Of a stretch of DNA of 64,000 nucleotides, positions 18,538-28,682 are shown piece by piece. The stretch is from Pirellulales bacterium (lineage in GTDB: Bacteria > Planctomycetota > Planctomycetia > Pirellulales > UBA1268), in contig CBDFMH010000005.1 of assembly GCA_965249545.1 (NCBI GenBank), positions 897,082 to 961,081 of the forward strand, given 5' to 3'. The translations under genes and the position numbers were made by a program. The notes below the pieces were generated by a model. The model saw only the letters and a list, made by a program, of their open reading frames with translations, did not search any database and was not told the origin of the DNA. Every line of letters starts with the position of its first letter. Positions within the stretch are counted from its first letter, which is position 1.

Positions 18538-19111
18538 GTTGTTTGTCGGTGTAATTTTGATTGCTGGCTGTGAACGGTCTTACGACAAATCAGCTAATCC
18601 TGCCCCGCAGACCGTTGTTCAACAGCCGGTCAGTGTTCCTGTGTCCGTTGCCGTTGTTGATCATTCTGCAATAGTGAAGCGGATTGAGTCACATCGTGGA
18701 CAGGTCGTTGTCCTCGACTGCTGGAGCACATCATGTCCACCCTGTGTTAAGGAATTTCCGGGTCTTGTCGACCTTAAAAATGACTATGGTGACACAGTGG
18801 CCTGTCTTTCACTATCGTTTGACTTTGAGGGGTTCGGTGTACCTGAAGACGTGCTCCAGCCAGTGAGAAAATTTTTGGAGCAGGTTTCAGCGGGTGACAT
18901 TGAGAACCTCCTCAATCGTGATGAGGCAGACGCCTTGTATAAAAAAATGAATATTACGAGTGTCCCCGCGGTTATGGTGTGGGATCGAAATGGTACGTTG
19001 ATACAACAGTTTGACGATGAGTATGCCAGCGAAAAACTCGGAAGATCTTTTACCTATGATGACGTACGCCGAGCGGTTGATCAGGCACTCAGTTCCCAGT
19101 CGAAGGAATAA
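18503..19111 (+). CDS. TlpA/thioredoxin-like disulfide oxidoreductase lipoprotein
   Basis: It has a lipobox (LIAGCE) and the thioredoxin motif VVVLDCWSTSCPPCVKEFP. The ORF is open from 18491. Confidence 0.75.
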   Translation: MTRNTQFLKRLMLFVGVILIAGCERSYDKSANPAPQTVVQQPVSVPVSVAVVDHSAIVKRIESHRGQVVVLDCWSTSCPPCVKEFPGLVDLKNDYGDTVACLSLSFDFEGFGVPEDVLQPVRKFLEQVSAGDIENLLNRDEADALYKKMNITSVPAVMVWDRNGTLIQQFDDEYASEKLGRSFTYDDVRRAVDQALSSQSKE

Positions 19112-19117
19112 TGCACG

Positions 19118-20953
19118 ATGGTAGATAGGAAAAGCAAAAAGAACCAACCGGTATCACCAGGTCTTGCAGATGAAACGGCTGATGGGCCAACACAACAAGA
19201 TGTTGTTCGTGGTCCTCTAGGATTTGGAAGAGAAACAGTCGAGTCTCTTGTCATTGCATTTACACTGGCTCTTCTATTCCGTGCATTTGAGGCAGAAGCG
19301 TTCGTCATCCCAACAGGCTCCATGGCTCCAACGCTCATGGGTCGACATAAGGATCTTGATTGCAGTGAGTGTGATTTTAATTTTCAGGCTGGAGCCAGTC
19401 GAGAAGAAGATGATCAATCACACACCCTGCGAACCGAATTAGGTCGAGTGAATCGGGAGATTGAGCGGCTACGACGGTTGGCTGCCGATTCGTCCGCAGG
19501 GCTTCAGCAGCGAGACGTGGCGCAGCAACAGCTTGCTGACCTTGAGTCGCCAAGTGGAAAATTATCTGTGCTAAAAATGCGACTCGCCGGCAAGATGATT
19601 GCCTCAGCGACTTGCCCAAATTGTGGAAATGTGATGAAGCTGATTGAGGGTGAGGGTCCCTCTGTTACGTACGATGCACGCTATCCCTCGTACAACGGCG
19701 ACCGAATTCTTGTTGATAAATTTGCGTACGACTTTCGAGAACCAAATCGGTGGGATGTCATAGTCTTCAAGTATCCCGAAGGGGCAAATACAAACTACAT
19801 CAAGCGACTTGTCGGTTTGCCAAATGAATTGGTGAGCATTGCTGGAGGAGACATCTGGACGAGTCGTGATGGGCAGCCAGCCACGATTGCTCGGAAGCCG
19901 CCGCATGTGATGCAGGCTATGTTACAGGTTGTCCACGACAGTAATTTCCCTGCATCTCTTATGCAGACAGAGGGGTGGCCTTCCGCCTGGACCGACTGGG
20001 CAGATACGAGTGTATGGCAGTCGGAAAAGAACCGGCGGCAATTTACAGCAACATGTTCTGCAGGACAGTCAGCAAGTCTTCGGTATCAGCGATTCAATCC
20101 GACGTCAGATGATTGGAAAGAGGTCCGTCTCGGGATGGGCGTTCGTAAAGCCGTTACACCAACCCTCATCAAAGACTTTCAAGCTTATAACGCGATCAGT
20201 CAGGGGGGTCATTGGGTAGGTGATCTTGCTGTGGAATGTACTCTTGAAAGTAAGTCCGACAGTGGTCTCATCGTACTTGATCTCGTTGATGGTGGGCAGC
20301 AGCATTTTTGTTCAATTGACTTGGCCGACGGTACGGCAAACCTGGTAGCTGCAAGTGGTGTCACAGCAGTAGCGACAACTCCAATTCGTGGCAAGGGTTC
20401 GTGGGAAGTAATGTTCACAAATGTGGATGATGAGTTGAGACTTTTTGTTGATAAAAAACTTATGCCAACAGCTACACCAGTTGCCTGGGGTTCAGAGATT
20501 AAAAAGGAGTCGACCCGTGATCCGATTCTCGAAGTTGTTCAGCCCGGGTCCACTGTGCCATCAGATCTTGCACCTGCTGGTATTACAGTAAAGGCAGAAG
20601 ATGAACCTGTTGCTGTCGTAGTCTCCTCAATCAAAATTCTGCGGGATATTTTCTATATCGGTGCTGTTGGTTTTGGTCGCCGAGGTGAAATACGGGATGA
20701 ACCCATTCTCGAATTTCCGCTTGAGTCAGATCAGTTCTTTGTGTTGGGAGATAACTCGGCTGCCAGTAAAGATGGGCGACTCTGGATTGACGTCCATTAT
20801 GTTGATCGGCGACTGCTTCTGGGCCGGGCAATATCGATTGTTTGGCCGCATATGGTGCCCGCATCCCGGCACGTGACGGTCACCCTCCCTGTACTTGGCG
20901 AGTTGCGATTGCCCTCATGGCCAAACTTCGCGAGGATGAAGTTTATTCGGTAG
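19118..20953 (+). CDS. lepB: Signal peptidase I, unusually long (611 aa)
   Basis: SPase I boxes are present: IPTGSMAPTL (Ser), GDRILVDKFAY, YIKRLVGLPNE (Lys) and VLGDNSAASKDGR. Extra insertions lie between the boxes. Confidence 0.88.
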   Translation: MVDRKSKKNQPVSPGLADETADGPTQQDVVRGPLGFGRETVESLVIAFTLALLFRAFEAEAFVIPTGSMAPTLMGRHKDLDCSECDFNFQAGASREEDDQSHTLRTELGRVNREIERLRRLAADSSAGLQQRDVAQQQLADLESPSGKLSVLKMRLAGKMIASATCPNCGNVMKLIEGEGPSVTYDARYPSYNGDRILVDKFAYDFREPNRWDVIVFKYPEGANTNYIKRLVGLPNELVSIAGGDIWTSRDGQPATIARKPPHVMQAMLQVVHDSNFPASLMQTEGWPSAWTDWADTSVWQSEKNRRQFTATCSAGQSASLRYQRFNPTSDDWKEVRLGMGVRKAVTPTLIKDFQAYNAISQGGHWVGDLAVECTLESKSDSGLIVLDLVDGGQQHFCSIDLADGTANLVAASGVTAVATTPIRGKGSWEVMFTNVDDELRLFVDKKLMPTATPVAWGSEIKKESTRDPILEVVQPGSTVPSDLAPAGITVKAEDEPVAVVVSSIKILRDIFYIGAVGFGRRGEIRDEPILEFPLESDQFFVLGDNSAASKDGRLWIDVHYVDRRLLLGRAISIVWPHMVPASRHVTVTLPVLGELRLPSWPNFARMKFIR

Positions 20954-21004
20954 GTCAGGTAGCGTGCCTCCCAGATGGACACGAAGTGAAATCAAGGACA
21001 GATC

Positions 21005-21757
21005 ATGTCACTGCTAAAAGCTGAAGGACTTGTGAAGGTATACGGACGTCGTCGCGTCGTCGACGGTGTGTCATTTGAAGTTCAGCAGGGTGAAATCGTT
21101 GGTCTTCTTGGTCCCAATGGTGCGGGAAAAACAACAAGTTTTCGGATGACGTGTGGGCTCGTTATTCCAAATGGTGGCCGTGTGCTCTTGGATGATAAAG
21201 AGATTACAAAGTGGCCGATGTTTAAGCGGTCGCGAGATGGTGGTATGGGATACCTTGCTCAGGAGCAGAGTGTTTTTCGCAAACTGACAGTCCAACAAAA
21301 TCTTTTGGCAATTATGGAACTCATTGGCATGCCAGCCAAAGAACGCCGTCGCCGAAGTGAAGAGTTAATGGAACAGTTTGACATCACACGAATTCGAAAG
21401 TCGAAAGCACATTACATTTCAGGTGGTGAAAAGAGACGGCTTGAGATTGCTCGTTGTCTTGTCACTGAGCCCCGGATTATTCTGCTCGATGAGCCGTTTA
21501 CTGGTATCGACCCAGTGACAATTCATTCGATTCAAAAAATTATCATGGGCCTACGAGATGATGGCATTTCGATCCTGATTACTGATCACCGCGAACGTGA
21601 AACATTGGCGATCACGGATCGTAGCTATATCGTGCGGGCCGGAAAAATTCTCTGTCATGGCACGGCGGAAGAAGTATTAAATAATCCGGATGCCAAAAAG
21701 TACTACTTTGGTGAAACACCACCCGGGAATCCTCTGGATTCAACTGAAGCGGCATAG
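21005..21757 (+). CDS. lptB: LPS export ABC transporter ATP-binding protein LptB
   Basis: It has Walker A GPNGAGKTTSF, the signature SGGEKRRLEIARCL and Walker B ILLDEPFTGIDP. The length of 250 aa and the start LKAEGLVKVYGRR are typical of LptB. Confidence 0.85.
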   Translation: MSLLKAEGLVKVYGRRRVVDGVSFEVQQGEIVGLLGPNGAGKTTSFRMTCGLVIPNGGRVLLDDKEITKWPMFKRSRDGGMGYLAQEQSVFRKLTVQQNLLAIMELIGMPAKERRRRSEELMEQFDITRIRKSKAHYISGGEKRRLEIARCLVTEPRIILLDEPFTGIDPVTIHSIQKIIMGLRDDGISILITDHRERETLAITDRSYIVRAGKILCHGTAEEVLNNPDAKKYYFGETPPGNPLDSTEAA

Positions 21758-21972
21758 CAAATCGTTTGATTTGATTGCACGGTGTTTCGCACCAGGTTTG
21801 TTTTCCGACCACATGCAAACGCGTGCAGTGCGGTTTTCGTACCAAGAAGAAATCCTTCTATACCAAAACAACTCGTTTTGAAGAAAAACGCTTGATCTGT
21901 CGAGATAGTTTTTTCAAGATCATATTTCTTTCTTGCATATTTTTTTGGGGAACTTAAAGGGGACGTGGAATT

Positions 21973-23058
21973 ATGAACACAAATTATCGCAGGGGTTTTA
22001 CCCTGATCGAACTTCTTGTTGTCATTGCAATTATCGGTGTCCTTGTAGGGCTCCTTCTTCCTGCTGTTCAGCAGGCGCGTGAAGCGGCCCGCCGTGTGTC
22101 ATGTTCCAACAATCTCAAGCAGCACGGTCTTGCGCTTCATAATTATTACGACGCGAATAAAAAATTTCCTATGTACATGTTTGATGGGAATCCAAAAACA
22201 GGAGAGCGGAGCGTCGACATTGGAAATGGCACAGGCCATCGAGCACCAGCATGGAATATGTGGCTCGGACATAGTTTATGGACCCAGATATTACCGTGGC
22301 TGGAAGAGACAACGACGTACGACGCGATGGATTTAAACAGATGGTCTACCGCAGGCGTCAATGGCTCGGCTGCAATTCGCAAAAAATTCATTACGGCATT
22401 TATCTGTCCATCAGATTTGCCGTACGGTGATCCCAGTTTCGGCGGAATTAATTATGTTGCCAATGCGGGTTCAACAGTCAACATCTACCGTACGGGGGGT
22501 GGAGGGGGACCCAATGGGTTACAGCCCGTTACCCCCGGTATTTATGATGGGCCAATTATGAAGCACAATACAACGACGTTCGAAGAAATAACCGATGGAA
22601 CATCAAACACGATTCTTTTGTCCGAGAGTCTCAAAGGTGATAACGATGATACGCTTCTGAATCTCGAACGAGATACGACGGCCCAGATATCTTTGGTGGG
22701 TAGTGCGAACTTTCCAACAGCCGCAAATCTTGAAACCATGGGTCAGGCAGCTGATGCCGGTGCATTGACGTGGCATCGAAGTAATGCTGGTCGAGATTGG
22801 CAGCGAGGTATACCAACAAAATCAGCATTTAATACAGTCGCCCCGCCTAACTGGAAACATGTGTCTTTTGCGACGGGTGGACGATACGGTGATTCAGCAG
22901 ACCGGAATGGTGTGTACCCCGCTCGAAGCAAGCACCCTGGTGTGGTGAACACAGTGACCGCTGATGGTGCCACGCATACAGTGAGCAACACTATCGACCT
23001 CACAACGTGGCAGAATCTTGGTGCCCGTCAGGATGGGAACGTAGCCAAGCTTCCTTAA
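21973..23058 (+). CDS. DUF1559 protein with prepilin-type N-terminal cleavage/methylation domain
   Basis: The N-terminus [36 protein letters not shown] is the canonical planctomycete DUF1559 / type IV pilin-like leader. Confidence 0.9.
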   Translation: MNTNYRRGFTLIELLVVIAIIGVLVGLLLPAVQQAREAARRVSCSNNLKQHGLALHNYYDANKKFPMYMFDGNPKTGERSVDIGNGTGHRAPAWNMWLGHSLWTQILPWLEETTTYDAMDLNRWSTAGVNGSAAIRKKFITAFICPSDLPYGDPSFGGINYVANAGSTVNIYRTGGGGGPNGLQPVTPGIYDGPIMKHNTTTFEEITDGTSNTILLSESLKGDNDDTLLNLERDTTAQISLVGSANFPTAANLETMGQAADAGALTWHRSNAGRDWQRGIPTKSAFNTVAPPNWKHVSFATGGRYGDSADRNGVYPARSKHPGVVNTVTADGATHTVSNTIDLTTWQNLGARQDGNVAKLP

Positions 23059-23118
23059 ACTTATTTTGTTGGGTGATACGACAGAAGTCCCTGATGCAAC
23101 TTTTGGAGAAATATAGAT

Positions 23119-23424
23119 ATGCGCAAAGAAATAATATGCCTTGCACTCGGATTGAGCCTGTTCGTTGGATGTGGGGGTGGTGAAAAAGTGATTCGTGTCG
23201 CCCCTCCTTCAGTTACGAATCAACTTCGAGATGTTCTTGAGCAAATCGCCGATGCTGGAATGATTGACAGTTCGATCGAGTATGCCAAAGAACTTGTTGA
23301 CAAGGTTGTGGCAGCTGATCCAGGTAAAGCAGAGTTGGAAAAATCAGTAAATGAGCTTGAGCGTGCTCAAGGGAAAAAAGCGATCTCAAAAAAAGTTGAA
23401 GAGATGCGAAACATTCTTGAGTAG
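23119..23424 (+). CDS. Small lipoprotein downstream of the DUF1559 gene
   Basis: The lipobox LSLFVGCGG is followed by a helical, charged 80-aa body. It lies 60 nt after the DUF1559 stop. Confidence 0.55.
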   Translation: MRKEIICLALGLSLFVGCGGGEKVIRVAPPSVTNQLRDVLEQIADAGMIDSSIEYAKELVDKVVAADPGKAELEKSVNELERAQGKKAISKKVEEMRNILE

Positions 23425-23445
23425 TTAGGAACTCGCGGCGTAGAG

Positions 23446-24891
23446 CTACTCTACCGATGGTGTACCAAGAAAATAGTTGTTTAAAAATTCACGTCGGTCA
23501 GTTTCGCAGCGTGCGTATTCAACCATGGCAAGTAGTTTCTGTTGGTCTCGCCGAAGTTTTTCAGCCAGCAACGTTTCACTTATCAGAGACTCTGGAAGTC
23601 CTCCGTAGTGTGAAATCTGTTTTTCTGTACCGGCGACCTGCTTGCTGAATTCAATTGCCCCAAATCGCTCGAGCATGAGGAGTGCACTCTCTAGACGTCG
23701 GTCATGGCGTGCCTGTCGGCCAAGAATTTTTTCATTCAGCCACTCGATGCCAAACGCATTCACCTTTTCAAGATCATGGTCGAGTACATGATCGATCTGA
23801 CGGTAGAAGTCAACATTCGGATTTGCCCAACGGATGAATTCCATGAGCATAGGAAGATCATTTTGGTCGTAGAGGAGAGTGCATTGTGACGGGAATCCAT
23901 CCCGACCCGCTCGACCAATTTCCTGATAGTAGCTTTCGAGTGAACCAGGAACCTCTGCATGAGTGACTGTGCGAATGTTGGCTTTATCGATCCCCATCCC
24001 AAAAGCATTCGTAGCGAGAACAATTGGCTCTTTGCCACGAAGAAAGCATTCTTGCATTCTCTTGCGATCGACTGGTCGTAGGTTTCCATGGTAACAGCCA
24101 TGAGGAATACCCTCTTCCTCAAGGAGATGGCTAAACCGTTCAAGTGTTTTGATGAGCGTGAAGTAGATAATGTGGCCGCCATCACCGGCCTGAAACTTTT
24201 TGAGGATGTGAAGAAGGTTCTGCAACTTATCGTCTTCGCCCCAGACCTCTTCGACGAGAAGAGCAAGATTCGGCCGTTCAATGCCTTCATGAAAAACGTT
24301 TACATCGTTTTCCTGAAGGCCTAGTTGGTGCACGATGTCTTGTTGCACATCATGTGTTGCCGTAGCCGTGAGTGCGAGTGTAGTTGGATAACCAAGAAAT
24401 TCACGAATTTCACCAACCCGCGTATAGTCTGGTCGAAAATCATGCCCCCATTGGCTTACGCAGTGTGCCTCATCGACAGCGAGTAACGTCACCTTTCGGC
24501 CACCCAGCACACGACGAAACTCAGATTTCTGAAAGCGTTCCGGTGTGACATAGAGCAACCTGTATGAGCCGTTTTCGATTGCACGATAGCGAGCTACCCG
24601 TGCCTCTTTGGTGAGAGACGAGTTGATAAACGTGGCATCGATACCACGAGCGTTGAGCGCATCGACCTGATCTTTCATCAGTGCGATAAGTGGACTGAGT
24701 ACGACCGTCAGGCCGTCCTGCACGAGCGCAGGTACCTGATAACAGAGGCTTTTCCCACCGCCTGTTGGCATAAGAACAAGACTGTGCTTCCCAGCGAGTG
24801 TCCGTTCAATAATCGCTTGCTGCGTACCACGAAATGATTGATAGCCGAAGGTTTCTTTCAAAACATCGTGGGCTGGTGACGAGTTATGCAT
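23446..24891 (-). CDS. RecQ-family ATP-dependent DNA helicase (short form)
   Basis: Motifs are FGYQSFRGTQQAII, motif I MPTGGGKSLCYQ, DEAH (VDEAHCVSQWGHDFRPDY), TATA and the RecQ-type C-terminal helicase lobe. No HRDC region is evident at 481 aa. Confidence 0.85.
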   Translation of the reverse strand: MHNSSPAHDVLKETFGYQSFRGTQQAIIERTLAGKHSLVLMPTGGGKSLCYQVPALVQDGLTVVLSPLIALMKDQVDALNARGIDATFINSSLTKEARVARYRAIENGSYRLLYVTPERFQKSEFRRVLGGRKVTLLAVDEAHCVSQWGHDFRPDYTRVGEIREFLGYPTTLALTATATHDVQQDIVHQLGLQENDVNVFHEGIERPNLALLVEEVWGEDDKLQNLLHILKKFQAGDGGHIIYFTLIKTLERFSHLLEEEGIPHGCYHGNLRPVDRKRMQECFLRGKEPIVLATNAFGMGIDKANIRTVTHAEVPGSLESYYQEIGRAGRDGFPSQCTLLYDQNDLPMLMEFIRWANPNVDFYRQIDHVLDHDLEKVNAFGIEWLNEKILGRQARHDRRLESALLMLERFGAIEFSKQVAGTEKQISHYGGLPESLISETLLAEKLRRDQQKLLAMVEYARCETDRREFLNNYFLGTPSVE

Positions 24892-24997
24892 TCAGTTGGA
24901 GTGGCTGTAAAAGGACATTGTCGAGCAAACGTATCTGTCGTGGTACGGAGAACGTTTTGAATCATTGGAGGTCAACGCATGACTCTCACTAATACGG

Positions 24998-26902
24998 TCA
25001 TTCAGTTGATGCTCGCAAAGCCCGCTTTGCGTAATTCTTCAACTTTGACTTACTTGGCTGTTTTGGATCGAGTACCTCAGGATAGCTGCGTAGAAAGTTG
25101 TTTTCATCAATGACGTTGAGGTAGTAATGCGTTGTGCCTTTTGGGATTTGAGCAATCACTGATCCATCATTCAGTAGTGTAGCCGGCACCCGGAACCACT
25201 CTTCATATTTTTCTCCACCATTTTTTGAGTAAATCAAATCAGCATGTACTACCTCGGCCCCGTTATTTTTCAATTGAAATTCAACACGATCTCCACGTTG
25301 CGTATGGGAGATAATTGTCGGAGTCTTGTTTTTTGAGGCCGGTGCCCTCTCTCCATGGGGGTTGTAGTAAGGGTAACTGGCGTTCATTTCAGACAGCATA
25401 GTAGTTAACCGCTCATTCATGGTGGCTGCTTTTTCAGGCATCGTGGAAACAAGATTCTGCTTCTCTTCAATATCGATGCGCTTTTTCTTCTCTCGATCTG
25501 TTTCATAAAGTTGGTACAGCTCAAGGGGTATATTCTTGGGATTGTTGACATGGTCATAGTTGTGAATGAGTTTGTAGTCACCAATTCGAATAGTGCTCTC
25601 GAGTGCAGCGCTATTCGGAAAATGCCAGACCATGGTATCTCGGATGGCGCCATCACTTTCACGGATAAGTGTAGGATCAGTTGGATCTTGCTTGAGGCAT
25701 GCAGCAAGATCACAGCCATCGAGATGTGTGCCGTCAGGGGGTGATATTCCGGTCAGGGATAAAATTGTTGGGTAGAAGTCGAGGCCATTCACCATGACGT
25801 CTGACTCAACGCCTCGCTGTATGCCTGGACCGGTGATGATCAGCGGAACACGAGTGCCACCTTCCAGGAGCGAAATTTTTCCTCGATCCAGCGGGTAGTT
25901 GTCAGTGATAACCTGTGTAGGGCTTCCCTCCATGCCACCGTTGTCAGATGTAAAAATCACATAGGTATTCTCTATAAGTGCGTGCCCAGGCCAGCGTGGA
26001 TCCTCAGTATTTTCAAGAGATGAAATGAGTGTGCCCACGTAATGGTCGAGTTGTTCGACCATCGCACAGTAGAAGGGATTTGTCTGACCTTTGCCCAGCC
26101 ATTTCTGGTTCGGGTTTTCAGGAAGTGTCACACCAAGTTTCTGTACATATTTCGATAGAAGATTCTTGCTTCGAGTCTGAATCGGTGTGTGCACAAGCCA
26201 GGTTGCGTAATACAAGAAAAAAGGATTTTCTTTTTGATCGGAAATAAATGTGATGGCATCTTCAGTAGTCTGATCTCGCGGAAATCCTTGAGCATCCAAA
26301 CGATAGGCATCATCAATCCTTCTCGTAGCAAAATCACTCATGCGATCCGGTTTCATGGCACGACTGACACCGAGATCGTGTTGTGTCCAATCGAATCCAA
26401 CATCGTGTGGCTGTGGGAATGCATTGTGATTGATAGCGACATGCCATTTTCCAGAATGTCCAGTGACGTATCCAGCGTCAGAGAGAGCACGGGCGATGGT
26501 GTACGTGTCTTCCGGCATGCGACCACTAAACCATGGGGGCATCATTGTCCAGGCACGAAGGTGGTGTGGTGCAGGAGGCGCTCCACCAACAACATGCGTC
26601 TTCTGAGCTCGTGCTGGATGAATCCCACTTAAAATTGCACAGCGTGTTGGTGCACAGGTTGGGGCGGGTGAATACGCTTGCCAGAACTTGACCCCCTTTT
26701 TTGCAAGAGCATCAATATTTGGCGTCTCCATGGGACTGGGCTTGTCAATGTCATAACAGGTGACATCTTGCCATCCGAGATCATCGGCAAGAATCAGAAC
26801 GATGTTTGGAGCCGGTGCAGTGTGTTGCGGATGTGATGAAGCAATACCGCTAAAAATAACGGTAGCAGCTAGAGCGCAGAAGAGCATTCTTATTTTTGTC
26901 AT
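24998..26902 (-). CDS. Sulfatase (S1 family, Cys-type) with C-terminal extra domain
   Basis: It has a signal peptide (MLFCALAATVIFSGIASS), NIVLILADDLGWQD, the FGly motif CAPTR and SGKWH. The ORF is open to 27028, and ATG 26902 gives the signal peptide. Confidence 0.88.
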   Translation of the reverse strand: MTKIRMLFCALAATVIFSGIASSHPQHTAPAPNIVLILADDLGWQDVTCYDIDKPSPMETPNIDALAKKGVKFWQAYSPAPTCAPTRCAILSGIHPARAQKTHVVGGAPPAPHHLRAWTMMPPWFSGRMPEDTYTIARALSDAGYVTGHSGKWHVAINHNAFPQPHDVGFDWTQHDLGVSRAMKPDRMSDFATRRIDDAYRLDAQGFPRDQTTEDAITFISDQKENPFFLYYATWLVHTPIQTRSKNLLSKYVQKLGVTLPENPNQKWLGKGQTNPFYCAMVEQLDHYVGTLISSLENTEDPRWPGHALIENTYVIFTSDNGGMEGSPTQVITDNYPLDRGKISLLEGGTRVPLIITGPGIQRGVESDVMVNGLDFYPTILSLTGISPPDGTHLDGCDLAACLKQDPTDPTLIRESDGAIRDTMVWHFPNSAALESTIRIGDYKLIHNYDHVNNPKNIPLELYQLYETDREKKKRIDIEEKQNLVSTMPEKAATMNERLTTMLSEMNASYPYYNPHGERAPASKNKTPTIISHTQRGDRVEFQLKNNGAEVVHADLIYSKNGGEKYEEWFRVPATLLNDGSVIAQIPKGTTHYYLNVIDENNFLRSYPEVLDPKQPSKSKLKNYAKRALRASTE

Positions 26903-27108
26903 TATGAAATTAAAAGGTTTAGGAAGCGCGCGTTCTGCGGTCCATGTGGCTGAATTGTTGTATATTGCAAAAACTGTGATACCAAGCGATAAGAATCCAA
27001 TAAAAAACAAGAACTCGAAGGCATTCAAGCCAAGAGATCAACTGACTGAGTTGCATGTAGTCCTGTGACATCTGAACTCGAGAGAACAAACTATAAAGGA
27101 AGCGTTGA

Positions 27109-28137
27109 ATGTACAGAGTATTGATGCCTGTTGCTTTCTGTTTTGTCACAGTCTTGGCCGGTGTTGCAACAGTTGAAGCTGGTCAACGGTACGAACTGTC
27201 TCAGCGAGCAAGTGAGATTGATACAGTTGCACAAGAGCATCCAGAGTTAGGATTTGTTTTCTCAGACCCGAAGACAGGGAAGCCTGCTGATATAGAGCAT
27301 GCTATTGTTGATACCCGCGTGCCCTCAAAGCGTCGGCTTGTTATCTGGTTGATGGCATATAGCCCAGAACTTTTTGACAGACTCGCAGGATATGGTCTTC
27401 ATGGAATTCAAGTTCATTATGCCAATCGTTGGTTTGGAACGGTGCCTCCTGAAGTTCGTGATGCGGGGGGTGTTCTTGGTCCGATCCGACTTGAGGCAGC
27501 AACTGGCGAGGACTATAGCCCCCTTGTCAGTATTCCCAAGCCTGATGGAATGAAGGAACGTGCACGACAGTTTCTCCGGTGGCTACAAAAAGAAAATCCA
27601 CAGGGAAGGTGGGGACAATTCCTCACAAACGACCAGAGTGATCTACGATGGGAAAAGGTAATCATGGCAGGGAGTTCTCACGGATCAACGACTGCAGCCC
27701 GATTTTCATTGCATCAGTCGGTAGATCGTGTTGTGATGTTTTGTGGACCTCGTGACAACACAGAAACCTGGCAGGGCGGTCGCTCTGCCACACCGCCACA
27801 CCGCTTCTTCGGTTTTACTCATGTGCTTGATAAAGGATGGCAGGAAGATCATTACTGTCGATCCTGGCAACTACTCAAATTGAATCAGTGTGGTGATGTC
27901 GTCAATGTCGAAAAGTCATCTCCACCGTATGAAAACACTCGACGACTCATCACAGACTGTGACCTCAAAGGGAATGTGCGACAGGCTCATTCCGGCGTTG
28001 TTCCAAAACAGAGTGCTTTTAAAAATGAAGAAGGAACGTTTCGTCACGAAGCAGTATGGAAATATCTGTTCCTTCATCCCGTGGACGAAATTGGTGAATC
28101 CGTTAGTCCTGACACTGATTGTGAGATGACGCCGTAG
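27109..28137 (+). CDS. Secreted hypothetical protein, possible alpha/beta hydrolase
   Basis: A signal peptide is present (VAFCFVTVLAGVATVEA). A single GxSxG-like element, MAGSSHGST, follows a beta-strand-like VIM. No other motif was recognised. Confidence 0.45.
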   Translation: MYRVLMPVAFCFVTVLAGVATVEAGQRYELSQRASEIDTVAQEHPELGFVFSDPKTGKPADIEHAIVDTRVPSKRRLVIWLMAYSPELFDRLAGYGLHGIQVHYANRWFGTVPPEVRDAGGVLGPIRLEAATGEDYSPLVSIPKPDGMKERARQFLRWLQKENPQGRWGQFLTNDQSDLRWEKVIMAGSSHGSTTAARFSLHQSVDRVVMFCGPRDNTETWQGGRSATPPHRFFGFTHVLDKGWQEDHYCRSWQLLKLNQCGDVVNVEKSSPPYENTRRLITDCDLKGNVRQAHSGVVPKQSAFKNEEGTFRHEAVWKYLFLHPVDEIGESVSPDTDCEMTP

Positions 28138-28217
28138 TTGCTTTAAAACATCTGAGCGTGTAGTCCAGCCATCCGACTCTTGAATACAAAAGATCAACAG
28201 CCCGCTACGCAATGCAG

Positions 28218-28493
28218 TTATTGGCCAAAGCCAAGTTTTGGTGGTTTCATGCTTCGAAGTGTCAAGACGGCACCAACTGACATGAGGGCAAGTCCAAGCC
28301 ATCTGGGTGGAGAGACAACCTTTCGGCTTGCGGTACCCTGCCAGGCATTTGGAGTGATTGTTTCCTCAGGAGTGATCTGAGCTGCTACCACCTGGCTTGA
28401 AAAGTCACTTAACGTAAAAGATTCAACCATCCGAAGTTGGATGCCAATAAAAAATACGATAAGACCGACGAGTAGTATTGTGTGACGTCTCAC
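28218..28493 (-). CDS. Small two-helix membrane protein, unknown function
   Basis: The 91-aa ORF has two hydrophobic helices (ILLVGLIVFFIGIQL, WLGLALMSVGAVLTL). It resembles the ORF at 5001-5213. Confidence 0.5.
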   Translation of the reverse strand: MRRHTILLVGLIVFFIGIQLRMVESFTLSDFSSQVVAAQITPEETITPNAWQGTASRKVVSPPRWLGLALMSVGAVLTLRSMKPPKLGFGQ

Positions 28494-28682
28494 AGGAATT
28501 GTTCCACGAGTGGTGGGGAGTGGGGCCCTTGCATTAAGTGAGATCGACCCGAGTTATTTCCTGATTCAATCCAGACTGCAGATTGACGATTATGACGGTT
28601 GATACGGATGCAACAAAAAGGATCAGGATGGCAGATCCGTCGGCGTCTGCTTAGAACTGGAACCAGCAGAAAAGGCAATGAG

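Noticed and set aside
23440-23454. Short hairpin GTAGAG-CTA-CTCTAC between the lipoprotein gene and the recQ-like gene, considered as a terminator
   Set aside because: It has only a 6-bp stem with a 3-nt loop, it overlaps the recQ-like stop codon region, and it has no U-tract. This is too weak to call.
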